Source of the DNA: Dictyostelium discoideum
Lineage: Eukaryota
Direction: 5' to 3'
Length of the DNA stretch: 64,000 nucleotides
NCBI GenBank assembly: GCA_000004695.1
Contig: CM000150.2
Coordinates: forward strand, 2,208,001 to 2,272,000
Shown piece after piece: positions 50,756-61,912 of this stretch. Numbering within the stretch: the stretch's first letter is position 1; each line of letters starts with the position of its first letter. The notes below the pieces were generated by a model. The model did not search any database. It saw nothing but the letters and a program-made list of their open reading frames with translations, and was not told where the DNA came from. The translations under genes and the position numbers were made by a program.

Positions 50756-52867
50756 ATGAATCAAAATTTTGGGTTTAAACTTTTTTTCCTTTTTTTCTTT
50801 TTTTATTTTTTTTTTGGTATAAATTGTTCTCAACAACAACAAAAACAAGAACTTCAAAATAAAAATTATAATAATATTTTAAATTATTTAAATGAAACTT
50901 TTAATAATAATAATAATAATAATGATAAAAGTAATATAAATAATAATTTAAATAATAATAATAATATTAAATTATGGGTATTTTTTAATTCAAAAGAAAT
51001 AATAAAAGTTAATAATAATAATCATAATGATATTAAATTAAAAATTGGTATTAATAATGAATCAATAAAAAGAAGATCAAAATTATTAAAAAAACAAATT
51101 ATAGATGATACAGATTTACCAGTTTCAGAAAATTATATAAATCAAATTTTACAATGTAATAATAAAATTGTTAAACTTGGATATAAATCGAATTGGTTAA
51201 ATTCAATTTCAATTTCACTTTTATTTGATGATACAGATAAAGTTTCATCAGCATCCTCATCTTTTTCACCATTGTCTAGAATTGAAATTATTGAAAATAT
51301 TACAAAATGTATAGTTTTGAAACCATTTGTTGAAAAGATTGATATTGTTTCAAAATTAAAAAAAGTTAAAGAATCAGAGACAGTTACACCAACACCACCA
51401 TTGGAGAGTACTTCAGTTAATGAAACATTTTATGGTAAATCAGCAGATGGTATTAAACAGATATCAATGGATAAATTGATAGAGATGGGATTGGATGGTA
51501 GTGGGGTTGTAATATTAATAATTGATGATGGATTCTATAAGGATCATCAGTGTTTTAAAAAATTAAGGATTCTTGGTGAACTAAATTTGGATCAACAATC
51601 TCCCCATATGAATGATACACAAGATAGACCAATGATGGAGGAAGACCATGATCATGGTACTGCAACACTATCAGTTTTATCATGCGATATGCCAGGTGTG
51701 ATGATTGGTGGAGCACGTAATGCATCCTATCTATTGGCAAGAATAACGATATTCGATGAAATCGATAGTTACATTGAAGAGGACCAATGGGTAGTAGCAT
51801 TGGAATGGGGTGAAAAAATGGGTGCTGATTTAGTTTCATCATCTCTTAGTTATTTATTATCTTTCAATTACAGCTTTGCCGGATTGGATGGTAAAACCTC
51901 TCACACAACAATTGCAACCAATTTGGCAAGTTCCAAAGGTGTACTTATTGTAAATAGTATGGGTAATAATGATTTTAGTATATATGGTGCACCAAATGAT
52001 GGTGAAAATGTCATATCGGTAGGTGCTGTAGATAGAAGGGGTAATATGGCATACTTTTCATCTATTGGTCCAACTGCAGATGGTAGAATCAAACCTGATA
52101 CCCTAGCATTGGGAATTGATATCTATGTAGCATCCATTAGTGGTCCTTCAAATTTCACTCGTATGAGCGGAACATCATTCTCTTGTCCATTGGTCGCTTC
52201 TGCAATTGCATTACTAATGCAAGCTAAACCCAATTGGACTTCAACACAACTTCACGAGGCAGTTATTGATTCTTGCGAATGGTCAATTTATCCACATTAT
52301 TACATGGGTTGGGGTATTTTTAATGTATCGAAAGCATTATCATATAAACCAATTCCAATGAATAATACTTGTTTTAATAATTGTAATTCAAGTGGTTTAT
52401 GTTGTAAAATTTCAAATAACAATTTTAATAATAATAATAATAGTTTATCCACACATTCAACATCCTCATCATCAATATCTCAACAAAATTATTTTAATTC
52501 ATGTAATTGTGCAAATGCATATTATGGTAGATATTGTCAATATAAAAGGATAGAATGTGGTTATCGTTGTAAATATGATTTTCTAGGTGAAACAAAATGT
52601 CAAAAAAATAATTTTAATGATAAAATTTCATTTAGGTGTATAAAATCATCACAATATAATAATTCAATTGTAAATTTTGACCCATATAAAATTCCAACCA
52701 CTTGTAAAATTATTGGTGATACTCGTCCTAATCAAAATAAATTTATTAATGACGATAATGATAATGATGATAATAATAATTCTTCAAATAATAACAATAA
52801 TAATAATTTCAATTTATTTAATAATTATTTATTTAAATTATTTATTTTAATTTTAATTTTAATTTAA
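50756..52867 (+). CDS. Secreted subtilisin-like serine protease (S8 family) with a C-terminal Cys-rich, EGF-like module; 703 aa; paralog A
   Basis: Signal peptide plus an N-terminal pro-region. Catalytic triad in the canonical Asp-His-Ser order of contexts: VVILIIDDGF (Asp), HDHGTATLS (His), GTSFSCPLVASAIALL (Ser), with the oxyanion Asn in MGNND. C-terminal module with a poly-Asn linker (CNCANAYYGRYCQYKRIECGYRCKYDF...C) and a hydrophobic tail. Confidence 0.85.
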   Translation: MNQNFGFKLFFLFFFFYFFFGINCSQQQQKQELQNKNYNNILNYLNETFNNNNNNNDKSNINNNLNNNNNIKLWVFFNSKEIIKVNNNNHNDIKLKIGINNESIKRRSKLLKKQIIDDTDLPVSENYINQILQCNNKIVKLGYKSNWLNSISISLLFDDTDKVSSASSSFSPLSRIEIIENITKCIVLKPFVEKIDIVSKLKKVKESETVTPTPPLESTSVNETFYGKSADGIKQISMDKLIEMGLDGSGVVILIIDDGFYKDHQCFKKLRILGELNLDQQSPHMNDTQDRPMMEEDHDHGTATLSVLSCDMPGVMIGGARNASYLLARITIFDEIDSYIEEDQWVVALEWGEKMGADLVSSSLSYLLSFNYSFAGLDGKTSHTTIATNLASSKGVLIVNSMGNNDFSIYGAPNDGENVISVGAVDRRGNMAYFSSIGPTADGRIKPDTLALGIDIYVASISGPSNFTRMSGTSFSCPLVASAIALLMQAKPNWTSTQLHEAVIDSCEWSIYPHYYMGWGIFNVSKALSYKPIPMNNTCFNNCNSSGLCCKISNNNFNNNNNSLSTHSTSSSSISQQNYFNSCNCANAYYGRYCQYKRIECGYRCKYDFLGETKCQKNNFNDKISFRCIKSSQYNNSIVNFDPYKIPTTCKIIGDTRPNQNKFINDDNDNDDNNNSSNNNNNNNFNLFNNYLFKLFILILILI

Positions 52868-52958
52868 TATTGCAATAATATAATTAATAATAATAATAAT
52901 TTATTTATATAAAATTAATATAAATAAATAAATATATAAATATATTAAATATATATCT

Positions 52959-52995
<37 letters not shown>

Positions 52996-53573
52996 ATTGA
53001 AAAAAAAAAAAAAAAAAAAAAAAAAAATTATTTTAAAGACACACCACGATACATCATCAAATTACAAATTTTTTTTATTATAAATTAAAAATTTTTTATT
53101 TTTTAAATAATTAAAAAAATGCTATGTTAATTTTTTTTTATATAAATTTATATATATAATTAAATACCCTTTTTTGTCATACCATTGTTTTTTTTATTAT
53201 TTTTTTTAATAATTTTGATAATCTATTAATAGTATTAAAATTAAATAGTTCTATTTTTAGAAATTTTTGTATGTTTGGGATTATAGTGAGTGTTTTATAT
53301 GTGAATTTAAAAAAAACCCCTCTTTTTTTCAAAATCAAATATACGCAGACAAACATTTGTTTTTTTAATTATATTTTATTTTTTTTTATTTTTTATTTTT
53401 TTTTTTTTATTTATTCAAATATTTCTTTTCTATTTTATTACTTCGTATAAAAAAAAAAAACAAAAAAAAAAACCAATTATTAAATTCCATCATTGCAAAT
53501 ATTTATAAAAAATATATATTAAAAATATAATTTTATAATAATAAACAATTATTGTTTTAAAAAAAAAAAAAAG

Positions 53574-53617
<44 letters not shown>

Positions 53618-53645
53618 AATAAATAAATAATTAAAATTTAATAAA

Positions 53646-55586
53646 ATGAAAATAAATTATATTTTATTATTAATTTTATTATTAATTAAATTAATAAACT
53701 CTTTTAATTATGAATTTGATGGCAAATATAAAATTTCAGAAAAATTAACTGACCATTTAATAAATAATCAAGATGAAGAAAATATTAAAATTTGGGTTAC
53801 TTTTAATTCAAAAAAAAAAGAAAATTTTTATAATATCGAAGAGTTTTCAAAAAACAATGGATTAAAAAAAGAATCAATAGAAAGAAGAATCAATAGATGT
53901 CATGATAAAAATAAAATTATTGATGATAGTGATATTATAATTAATCAAGATTTTATAAATCAAGTTTTAACCTGTGGTAATGAAAATACAATTAAATTAA
54001 TTCAAAAATCAAATTGGTTAAATTCAATCTCAATCTCACTTTTAAAAGAAACTTCAAATAAATTAATTGATTGTATAAAATCATTAGAATTTGTTGAAAC
54101 TGTAGATTTAGTTACAAAATTTAAAAAGAAAACAACGACAACAACAACAACTAAACCATTATCATCATCATCTAATGAATTTAATGGTTGTTTAAAAAAT
54201 GATGAAGATAATTCAAAATTTGAAAAAGAATTTAATAATTTAATTGAAAAGAAATTATTAGATTTAAAAAATAAATTATATTCATCATCAGCATCAGCAT
54301 CAGCATCAGCATCATCTTCTGATTCATATTTCAATGAAATTCCTGATAAATATTATGGTTATTCAAATACTGGATTGAGACAAATTAATGTTGATAAATT
54401 ACATGAAATGGGATATGATGGTTTTGGAATTAAAATTTTAATAACAGATACTGGTTATAGAAAATCTCATGAGGTTTTTAAACATATGAAAATTATTGGT
54501 GAATATAATTTCTTAAAGAATAAAAATAATACACAAGATGATTTTGATCCATTTTTTAAAGATGTAAATGAACAACAAACTGGCCATGGCACATTTACAT
54601 TATCAACTTTGGGTGGTTATAGACCTGGTGTTTTAATAGGTGCAGCATATAATGCATCATTTTTATTAGCTGAAACTGAAAATGCTACAAGTGATTTCCC
54701 ATTGGAGGAAGATAATTGGATTGCAGCTATTGAATGGGGTGAAAGCCATGGAGCTCAATTAGTATCCTCTTCATTGGGTTACGAAAATTGGTATACCTAT
54801 GCAAATAAGGATGGTCATTTTTCAAAAATTTCAAGAGTGGCAACAATGGCAGTTAATAAAGGAATGGTGGTAGTAATGGGTGTTGGTAATTCTGGTGATT
54901 TGGGTATGGGAATACCTGCAGATGCAGAATACGTTATATCAGTGGGTGCAATTGATTCAAATGGAGAAAGAACTGAATTCTCTTCAATTGGGCCCACTGC
55001 TGATGGGAGAATAAAACCAGAGGTAATGGCATTGGGACTTGGTAATTTAGTTGCACATAATTTAAACGATACCACCTATGATCGATTTGATGGCACAAGT
55101 TTCTCTTGCCCATTGGTAGCATCTGGTATAGCATTATTAATGCAGGCTCATCCAAATTGGTCACCAAAACAAATTTATGAAGCTGTGATTAGTAGTGCTT
55201 CAAAATCTAAATCACCAGATTATTTAATGGGTTTTGGTATTTTTAATGCCCTAAAAGCATATGAACACAATCCAACAAATTCATCCGATTGTACAATTAA
55301 TGGAATTGGCTGTTCAAATTCAAATGGTAGATGTAATTTACAATCAAAGCAATGTCAATGTGAATTACCATTTTATGGACAGTTTTGCCAATACAATAGA
55401 ATTCCTTGTGGTCAAAGATGTTTATTTTTAAATTCAACTTGTGGAATTCCTTCTAATAATTTTAATGTATCATTTACATGTATTGAACCAAACATTGGTG
55501 ATTTTTCAAATCAATCTCCAAAATTAAATAACAACAATTTTTATAAATCATTATTTATAATATTTTTATTTTTTATTTCAATTTAA
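53646..55586 (+). CDS. Secreted subtilisin-like serine protease (S8) with a Cys-rich C-terminal module; 646 aa; paralog B
   Basis: Same domain order: ILITDTGY (Asp), QTGHGTFTLS (His), GTSFSCPLVASGIALLMQAHPNW (Ser), then a Cys module (CSNSNGRCNLQSKQCQCELPFYGQFCQYNRIPCGQRC) and a hydrophobic C-terminus. Confidence 0.85.
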   Translation: MKINYILLLILLLIKLINSFNYEFDGKYKISEKLTDHLINNQDEENIKIWVTFNSKKKENFYNIEEFSKNNGLKKESIERRINRCHDKNKIIDDSDIIINQDFINQVLTCGNENTIKLIQKSNWLNSISISLLKETSNKLIDCIKSLEFVETVDLVTKFKKKTTTTTTTKPLSSSSNEFNGCLKNDEDNSKFEKEFNNLIEKKLLDLKNKLYSSSASASASASSSDSYFNEIPDKYYGYSNTGLRQINVDKLHEMGYDGFGIKILITDTGYRKSHEVFKHMKIIGEYNFLKNKNNTQDDFDPFFKDVNEQQTGHGTFTLSTLGGYRPGVLIGAAYNASFLLAETENATSDFPLEEDNWIAAIEWGESHGAQLVSSSLGYENWYTYANKDGHFSKISRVATMAVNKGMVVVMGVGNSGDLGMGIPADAEYVISVGAIDSNGERTEFSSIGPTADGRIKPEVMALGLGNLVAHNLNDTTYDRFDGTSFSCPLVASGIALLMQAHPNWSPKQIYEAVISSASKSKSPDYLMGFGIFNALKAYEHNPTNSSDCTINGIGCSNSNGRCNLQSKQCQCELPFYGQFCQYNRIPCGQRCLFLNSTCGIPSNNFNVSFTCIEPNIGDFSNQSPKLNNNNFYKSLFIIFLFFISI

Positions 55587-56501
55587 TAAATATTTTTAAT
55601 TTTAACAAATAAATAAAATTTATTATTATTATTTTTTTCTTATTTGTTAAATAGTTTTTCTTTTTTTTTTTTATTTTTCTTTTATTTAATAATATAAAAT
55701 TTTTATTAATTTTGTAGTGCATAGAGCAATTGCTTTTAGCTCGATTTCTTAGTAGAAAGAAATTGTTGTTGTTGATATGGTTTCTGTTTTTGTTTGTATG
55801 AATTTGAAGAGGTGTGACTGTAGAGTGAGAGCAATGGTGAGAGTATTTTTTATTTTTTTTTTTTTTAAAAAAGGTTAATAATTAATTGAAATTAAAAATG
55901 GACAAAATTTATATTTAAATATATTTTTAGTTATTTGAATGTATATTAAATATGTTTTTATTTATATAAATATCAAATAAATAAATTAATCCAATATTAA
56001 TTATTATAATTTTTTTTATTATTTTTTTGTAAGGTTTGATAATTTTTGCACATCTCCAGCTCTCAGACAAAACATTTCTTTTTTATTTTTCTTTTTATTA
56101 AAAAAAAAAAAAAAAAAAAAAGAAATCGCCTACCCGGAAAGCTGGAGTGAGCCAAAAGTTAATCAAATTTTACCAATAAAAATAATAATAATAATAATAA
56201 ATATTAATTTTTTTTTACTAAATTCTAAGTGAATTTCTTTTTTACCAAATTCTAAAGTGACTTTATTTGATAATAAAAAAAAAAAAAAAAAAAAAAAAAT
56301 TTATATATATATTTTTAATTAATAAAAAAAAAAAAAAATATATAAAAAAATTAACAAAAAAGAAAAATATTCAATAAAAAAAAAATATTCAATAAAAAAA
56401 AAAAAAAAAAAATAGAAAATGAAAAGTAAAAAAAAACAATTTAATTATTTGTACTAATTTTTCTTTATTTAATAAAAATTAATAAAAAAAAAAAAATAAT
56501 T

Positions 56502-57089
56502 TTAAATACAAATTCCAGATGAAATTGGTAAATTTAAAAGATTACCTGAGGGACTACACATTTTAGTCCAATTTGAGCATTGTGACATACCTTCCATTTG
56601 AAGACACAAAGAGGAGTAAATTGGAAGTACAGCACAGCTTGGACTTAATTTTGTACATTTTTCACAGCCATCCATTGCCATATCATTACAAATACTTTTA
56701 ATACTTGAAAAGATATCCATAGTTTTTGGGAGATTTTTAATTGATTGTATTCTTGAACATTGTTTAATAACAGAATCTTTTGAACATAACTTTTTAAAGT
56801 TATTACATCCACTCATTCCTGGCATATCATGGGTACAACTATCACCGAGTATTGAAAATTCATCACAAGTACCATTTGAAGATCTCACTTGTTTACATGA
56901 TTTTTGAATTGAACAAATTGGCATGTATGGCATACTAGAGCATAGACGGTTAATATCTACTCTAATATTAAATATTGGATATTCATAATTAACACAACTT
57001 GGGTCATTTGAATGTGTAACACAATCAATTTCTCCTTTAATTTTATATATAAAACTAATTAAAATTAATAATATATTTAATATTTTCAT
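56502..57089 (-). CDS. Secreted cysteine-rich protein with repeated Met/Cys motifs (possible metal-binding ectodomain), 195 aa
   Basis: True ATG with a signal peptide (MKILNILLILISFIYKIKG). There are 20+ Cys, and four repeats of a C..(M)P.M..C / DM.G(M)..C pattern: SSMPYMPIC, HDMPGMSGC, NDMAMDGCEKC, QMEGMSQC. Single exon. Confidence 0.6.
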   Translation of the reverse strand: MKILNILLILISFIYKIKGEIDCVTHSNDPSCVNYEYPIFNIRVDINRLCSSMPYMPICSIQKSCKQVRSSNGTCDEFSILGDSCTHDMPGMSGCNNFKKLCSKDSVIKQCSRIQSIKNLPKTMDIFSSIKSICNDMAMDGCEKCTKLSPSCAVLPIYSSLCLQMEGMSQCSNWTKMCSPSGNLLNLPISSGICI

Positions 57090-57490
57090 TCTTTAATTTT
57101 TTTTTTTTTTTTTACTTTTGCACAAACTTTTATTTTATTTTATTTATATTTAATAAATTTATCGATCAACAAAAAAAATAAAAAAAAAAAAAAATAAAAA
57201 AATAAAAAAAAAATAAAGTTGTTAAAGGGAGGAAAGTGTTAAAAATGAAAAAAGAAAAATACAATTTTAATTTTTTTTATCAAATAGAAATATAAATTAA
57301 TAAACCAATTATTATTAAAATTTAGTAAAAAATAATATTAAAAAAATATAAATTAACTTTGTTTAACAGAAATTTTAAATAGTAACTTTATAATTTTAAA
57401 ATAAATATTTGACCACAAACCATGGATTTTTAAAATGTTTTTTTTCCTTAATGTTTAAGACTCCTCAGTTATTTAACATAATTTTAAAGC

Positions 57491-57503
57491 AGGAATCGAA
57501 CAC
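57491..57503 (-). promoter_or_regulatory. External B-box copy (GTGTTCGATTCCT) ~30-40 bp downstream of the tRNA-Asp 3' end
   Basis: It is a second match to the Pol III B-box consensus GGTTCGAATCC just beyond the tRNA, on the same strand. Dictyostelium tRNA genes characteristically carry such a downstream 'ex-B' box; that is established knowledge, and the placement is what the sequence shows. Confidence 0.55.
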
Positions 57504-57531
57504 TTGGCCATTCTTTCGAATTCTTAAAAAG

Positions 57532-57603
57532 CTCCCTGTCCGGGAATTGAACCCGGGCCTTTCGCGTGACAGGCGAAAATCCTCACCACTAGACCAACAA
57601 GGA
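57532..57603 (-). tRNA. tRNA-Asp (anticodon GUC), 72 nt
   Basis: Minus-strand sequence TCCTTGTTGGTCTAGTGGTGAGGATTTTCGCCTGTCACGCGAAAGGCCCGGGTTCAATTCCCGGACAGGGAG folds as a cloverleaf. The 7-bp acceptor stem has one G-U pair. Anticodon stem TTCGC/GCGAA with loop CTGTCAC. T stem CCGGG/CCCGG with loop TTCAATT. Discriminator G. Confidence 0.9.
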
Positions 57604-58320
57604 TTATTTGATGATTTTTTATTTTAAATATGTTTAAGCGTTTTTTTTTAAATTATGAACAAATCAAAGAAAAAAAAAAAACAAATATATTTTAAATTTT
57701 TTTCAGTGAATAGGTTTTTAGGAAAAACGAAATTGGTTTATTTATTATTGTGATTTATATCAACCATTATTGTAATTAATGGTGTCTGTTTTTGAAAAAA
57801 AAATTAATATCCATAACTTAATAACCTTAAAATTTAATTAAATTTTTTTTTTTTTTTTTTTTTTTATCTTGAGATTATTATTTTAATTTTATCCAAATAA
57901 TAAAAAAAATATATATATATTTCCTTAAAAATATTTACACTTTACATTTGAAATTTATTTAAGTTTTTTTTCTTTTAAAATAATATTAAAATTAAATAAA
58001 AATATATATATATTTTTATTTGAATCCAAATTTTTTTTTCATTTTTTTTTTTCATTTTTTATTTTTTTTTTTATTTTTTTTTTTATTTTTTTTTTATTTT
58101 TTTTTTATTTTTTTTTTTTTTTAATTTTTTTATTTTTTGTCCGAGTTTAAAAACAAACAAAAAACAGTACCCACACAAAAAATTTATAAATAGTTTAAAA
58201 TAAAAATAATATCAAAATAAACACATATAAATGATTTATTAAAAAAAAAAAACAATAAAATAAAATAAATTAATAAATAAAAAAAAACAATAAAATTAAA
58301 TAAATTAATAAATAAATTAA

Positions 58321-58355
<35 letters not shown>

Positions 58356-58620
58356 AATTATTTATATATAAAATAAAAACCACACCCAAAAAAATTTTAT
58401 TTAAAAAAAAAAAAATAGTTTATAAAATTTTATTTTAAAAAAAAAAATAGTTTTTTTTATAAAACTATTTTTTTTTTTTACATATACAAATAAATATACT
58501 TCAAAATAAAAAAGGTGTTTTAAAGAAAAAAAAAGAAAAAGATAAATATTAAATAAATCCTATCAATAATAAATTATAGTAATAATAGTAATAGTAATTT
58601 TTGTATAAAAAAAAAAACAG

Positions 58621-58658
<38 letters not shown>

Positions 58659-58963
58659 ATACGTAATTTTTTTTTTTTTTTTTTTTTTTTTTGTGTGTGA
58701 TTCGCACTTAAACACAACAATAAAAAAAGAAACAAAACAGAGACTCCAATAATAAAAAAAAAACAAAAAAAAAAAAAAAAACAAAGATATACGTATAAAT
58801 TTTTTTTTTTAATTTTTTTTTTAATTTTTTTTTAATTTTTTTTTTATTATTGACAACACCATATAACATTAAAACACCAATTTTCTCGAGAAAATAATAG
58901 TAATAATAAATAAATAATAATAGTAATAGTAATAGTAAAAATAAATATAATAATAAAAATAAA

Positions 58964-60379
58964 ATGAAAATTGATTGTAAAAGAGTTTCATTAATTGGTT
59001 CACCTGAACCTAGATGGGGACATACTGGTACAACTTTACCTAATGGTAGTGGATTTATAGTATTTGGTGGAAATAGTAATAGAGCATTCAACGATATACA
59101 ATATTATAATATCTTTAATAATAGTTGGTCAAAAATTGAAGCAGTTGGAAATGCACCATCAGAAAGATATGGACATAGTGCAGTACTATATCAATCACAA
59201 TCAAGACCCTATAGTGATTCTTATCAAATTATATTTTTTGGTGGTAGAGCTACAAGTAAACCATTCTCAGATATTAATATATTATATGTAAATAGTAAGT
59301 TTAGTCTAGAATTCTATTTTTATTTTTTATTTTTTTTATTTGGAAAAATAAATATTCACTTTTTTTTTATTATTATTTTTTTTTATTATTTTTTAATTAA
59401 AAAAAACAAAGGTAATAGAAGTTTTATTTGGAAACAAGTTACAACTAAATCAATTGAAGGTAGAGCAGGACATACAGCAGTAGTTTATCGTCAAAATTTA
59501 GTAGTATTTGGTGGACATAATAATCATAAGAGTAAATATTACAATAGTGTATTATTATTTAGTTTAGAGTCGAACGAATGGAGACAACAGGTATGTGGAG
59601 GTGTTATACCATCAGCACGTGCAACTCATTCAACATTTCAAGTTAATAATAATAAAATGTTTATATTTGGTGGATACGATGGTAAAAAGTATTATAATGA
59701 TATCTACTATTTGGATTTAGAGACATGGATTTGGAAAAAGGTGGAAGCTAAAGGTACACCTCCCAAACCAAGGAGTGGTCATTCAGCAACAATGATTCAG
59801 AATAATAAGTTAATGATTTTCGGTGGATGTGGATCAGATTCAAACTTTTTAAATGACATTCATATACTACATATTGAGGGTGCAAATGAGTATAGGTGGG
59901 AGCAACCCTCCTATTTAGGTTTAGAGATTCCTCAAGCTAGATTTAGACATACAACCAATTTCATTGGTGGTAGAGTTTACATTTATGCTGGTACTGGATC
60001 TGGTAATTTAATGGGTGATCTTCACACTTTAGAATTCTTGGATGATAATAATACTCCTTTAATACCAATTACAATCTCAATACCAATCACAAATTCAAAT
60101 AGTATTGTTGGTTCACCTAATACCTCAATTAGTTGTGGTGTTAGTAATAGTGGTGCTAGTAGTAGTAGTGGTGGTGGTATTAGTGGTCATCCTTCAATTT
60201 TATCATCTTCATCTTCATCTTCTTATTTATCAACTTCACCATTATCAACTTCATCTTTAGCTTCAAGTTATCAAAGTTCTCAAAGTTTACAATTTAATCA
60301 AAATCAAAATCAAAATAATAATAATAATAATAACAATAATAATAATAATAATATTCAAACAACAACTACAACAACAACA

Positions 60380-60434
<55 letters not shown>

Positions 60435-61242
60435 TTGAGTCTAATCAACAACAACAACAAATTCAACACCAAACATCACCAATGTCAGTATTATCAAGAT
60501 CAAATTCAAATATAAGTTTAAATTCATTAAATTCATCAAGTTCATCAATATTATCAACACCATCAACACTTTCAACAACAACTACAACTACAACAACATC
60601 ACATGCATCACATACATCACATACATCAAATAGATCAAATGGAAGTAGAGGTGGAATACCATCAATACCACCATTTAATGGAAGATCATCAAATCATAAT
60701 AATAATAATAATAGTAACAGTAATAATTATAATAATCATCAACAAACCAAAACTAATTCTGCCGAAGAACTAATATTGGAAGAGTTAAAATCTTTGAATA
60801 TTTATGATCAAGCTGCTTGTAATAAAGATTTTCAAACCAATTTAAAAAGAGTTGAAGAACTTTTTAATCAAAAAATTAAACATGAACAAAAGTATCGACA
60901 ATCATTGGAAGAGAAATTGGGTAAAGCAAATCATCAAGTTTCTTTATTAACAAATCAAATTCAAAGTATCATTCAAAAAGATGAATTAACCTCTTTGAAA
61001 AAGGAATATAGTGAATTGAAAAAGAAACATAGTTTACTCTATTCAGAGGATATTGATGATTTACCAACTGAAACTTGTTTAAAACTTGAAGAAATTCATG
61101 TAAAATCTTTAGAAAAATTAAGAGTTAAAAAATTACCATCTTCTAATCAATTATCAACATTACAACAACAAATACCACAACAACCAACAACAATAATATG
61201 TAATAATAGTCAAATAATTCAACAACAACCACTACCACCATT

Positions 61243-61300
<58 letters not shown>

Positions 61301-61912
61301 CCATTAGAAATTCAAGAACAATTAACAATGTTACAATTACAACTTTCACAATTATCTCAACAACAACAAAACCAAATCGATAAACAACAAAAACAAGAAA
61401 AATTACAACAAGAACAACAACAACAACAATTGAAAAATATTAATAGATTATCAATTTCATCAAATAGTTCAACATTATCATCAAAAGATAGTTTTTATTT
61501 TGAATCAAAGATTCAAGAATTATCAAATCAATTAAAAGAGAAACAACAAGCTATTACCGATCGTGATAATAAAATTAAAGACTTTGAAAATCAATTAAAT
61601 AAATATAAATTAATCGGATTGGATTCATTGGATCATTATCAGCTTTTAGAGTTGGAATCAAGTTTTCATAATGGTTTAAAACAAATTGGTTCTATAAAAG
61701 ATCAAAGATACCTCAATCGTTTGGTTTCACTGGAAAAAGAGAAAGATCAATTAAAAGATCAAAATAGTTGTGTCATTTGCGCTTCAAACCCTCCAAATAT
61801 TGTATTACTACCATGTAGACATAGTTCATTATGTTCAGATTGTTGTTCAAAATTAACAAAATGTCCAATTTGTAGATCCCATATTGAAAATAAGATTTCA
61901 ATTTATCAATAA
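58964..61912 (+). CDS. Kelch-repeat beta-propeller / coiled-coil / C-terminal RING-finger protein (putative E3 ubiquitin ligase), ~943 aa, 2 exons
   Basis: Exon 1 58964..59294 (donor GTAAGT). The intron 59295..59411 is 117 nt and happens to be in frame, which is why the track ORF reads through it. Exon 2 59412..61912. There are six or more Kelch-like blades (WGHTGT, YGHSAV, AGHTAV, ATHSTF, SGHSAT, FRHTTN, each followed by a hydrophobic/GG segment), then poly-N/Q/S linkers, a heptad-rich coiled-coil segment, and the [40 protein letters not shown]. Confidence 0.8.

Noticed and set aside
51555-55167. Antisense ORFs within the two subtilase genes (51555..51842, 51901..52092, 54002..54334, 54815..55075, 54934..55167)
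   Set aside because: They are opposite-strand or off-frame overlaps of well-supported protease coding sequence.
57485-57510. Possible second tRNA from the GGAATCGAAC / GTTCGATTCC match
   Set aside because: Only a T-loop/B-box-like segment is present. No acceptor, D or anticodon arms can be paired, so it was interpreted as an external B box.
57409-57627. 72-aa + strand ORF
   Set aside because: It overlaps the minus-strand tRNA-Asp and its B-box copy and has no coding features.
58708-59091. 127-aa minus-strand ORF overlapping the Kelch-RING gene start
   Set aside because: It is a low-complexity Leu/Phe/Lys translation of a T-rich promoter region, and it overlaps a well-supported + strand start.
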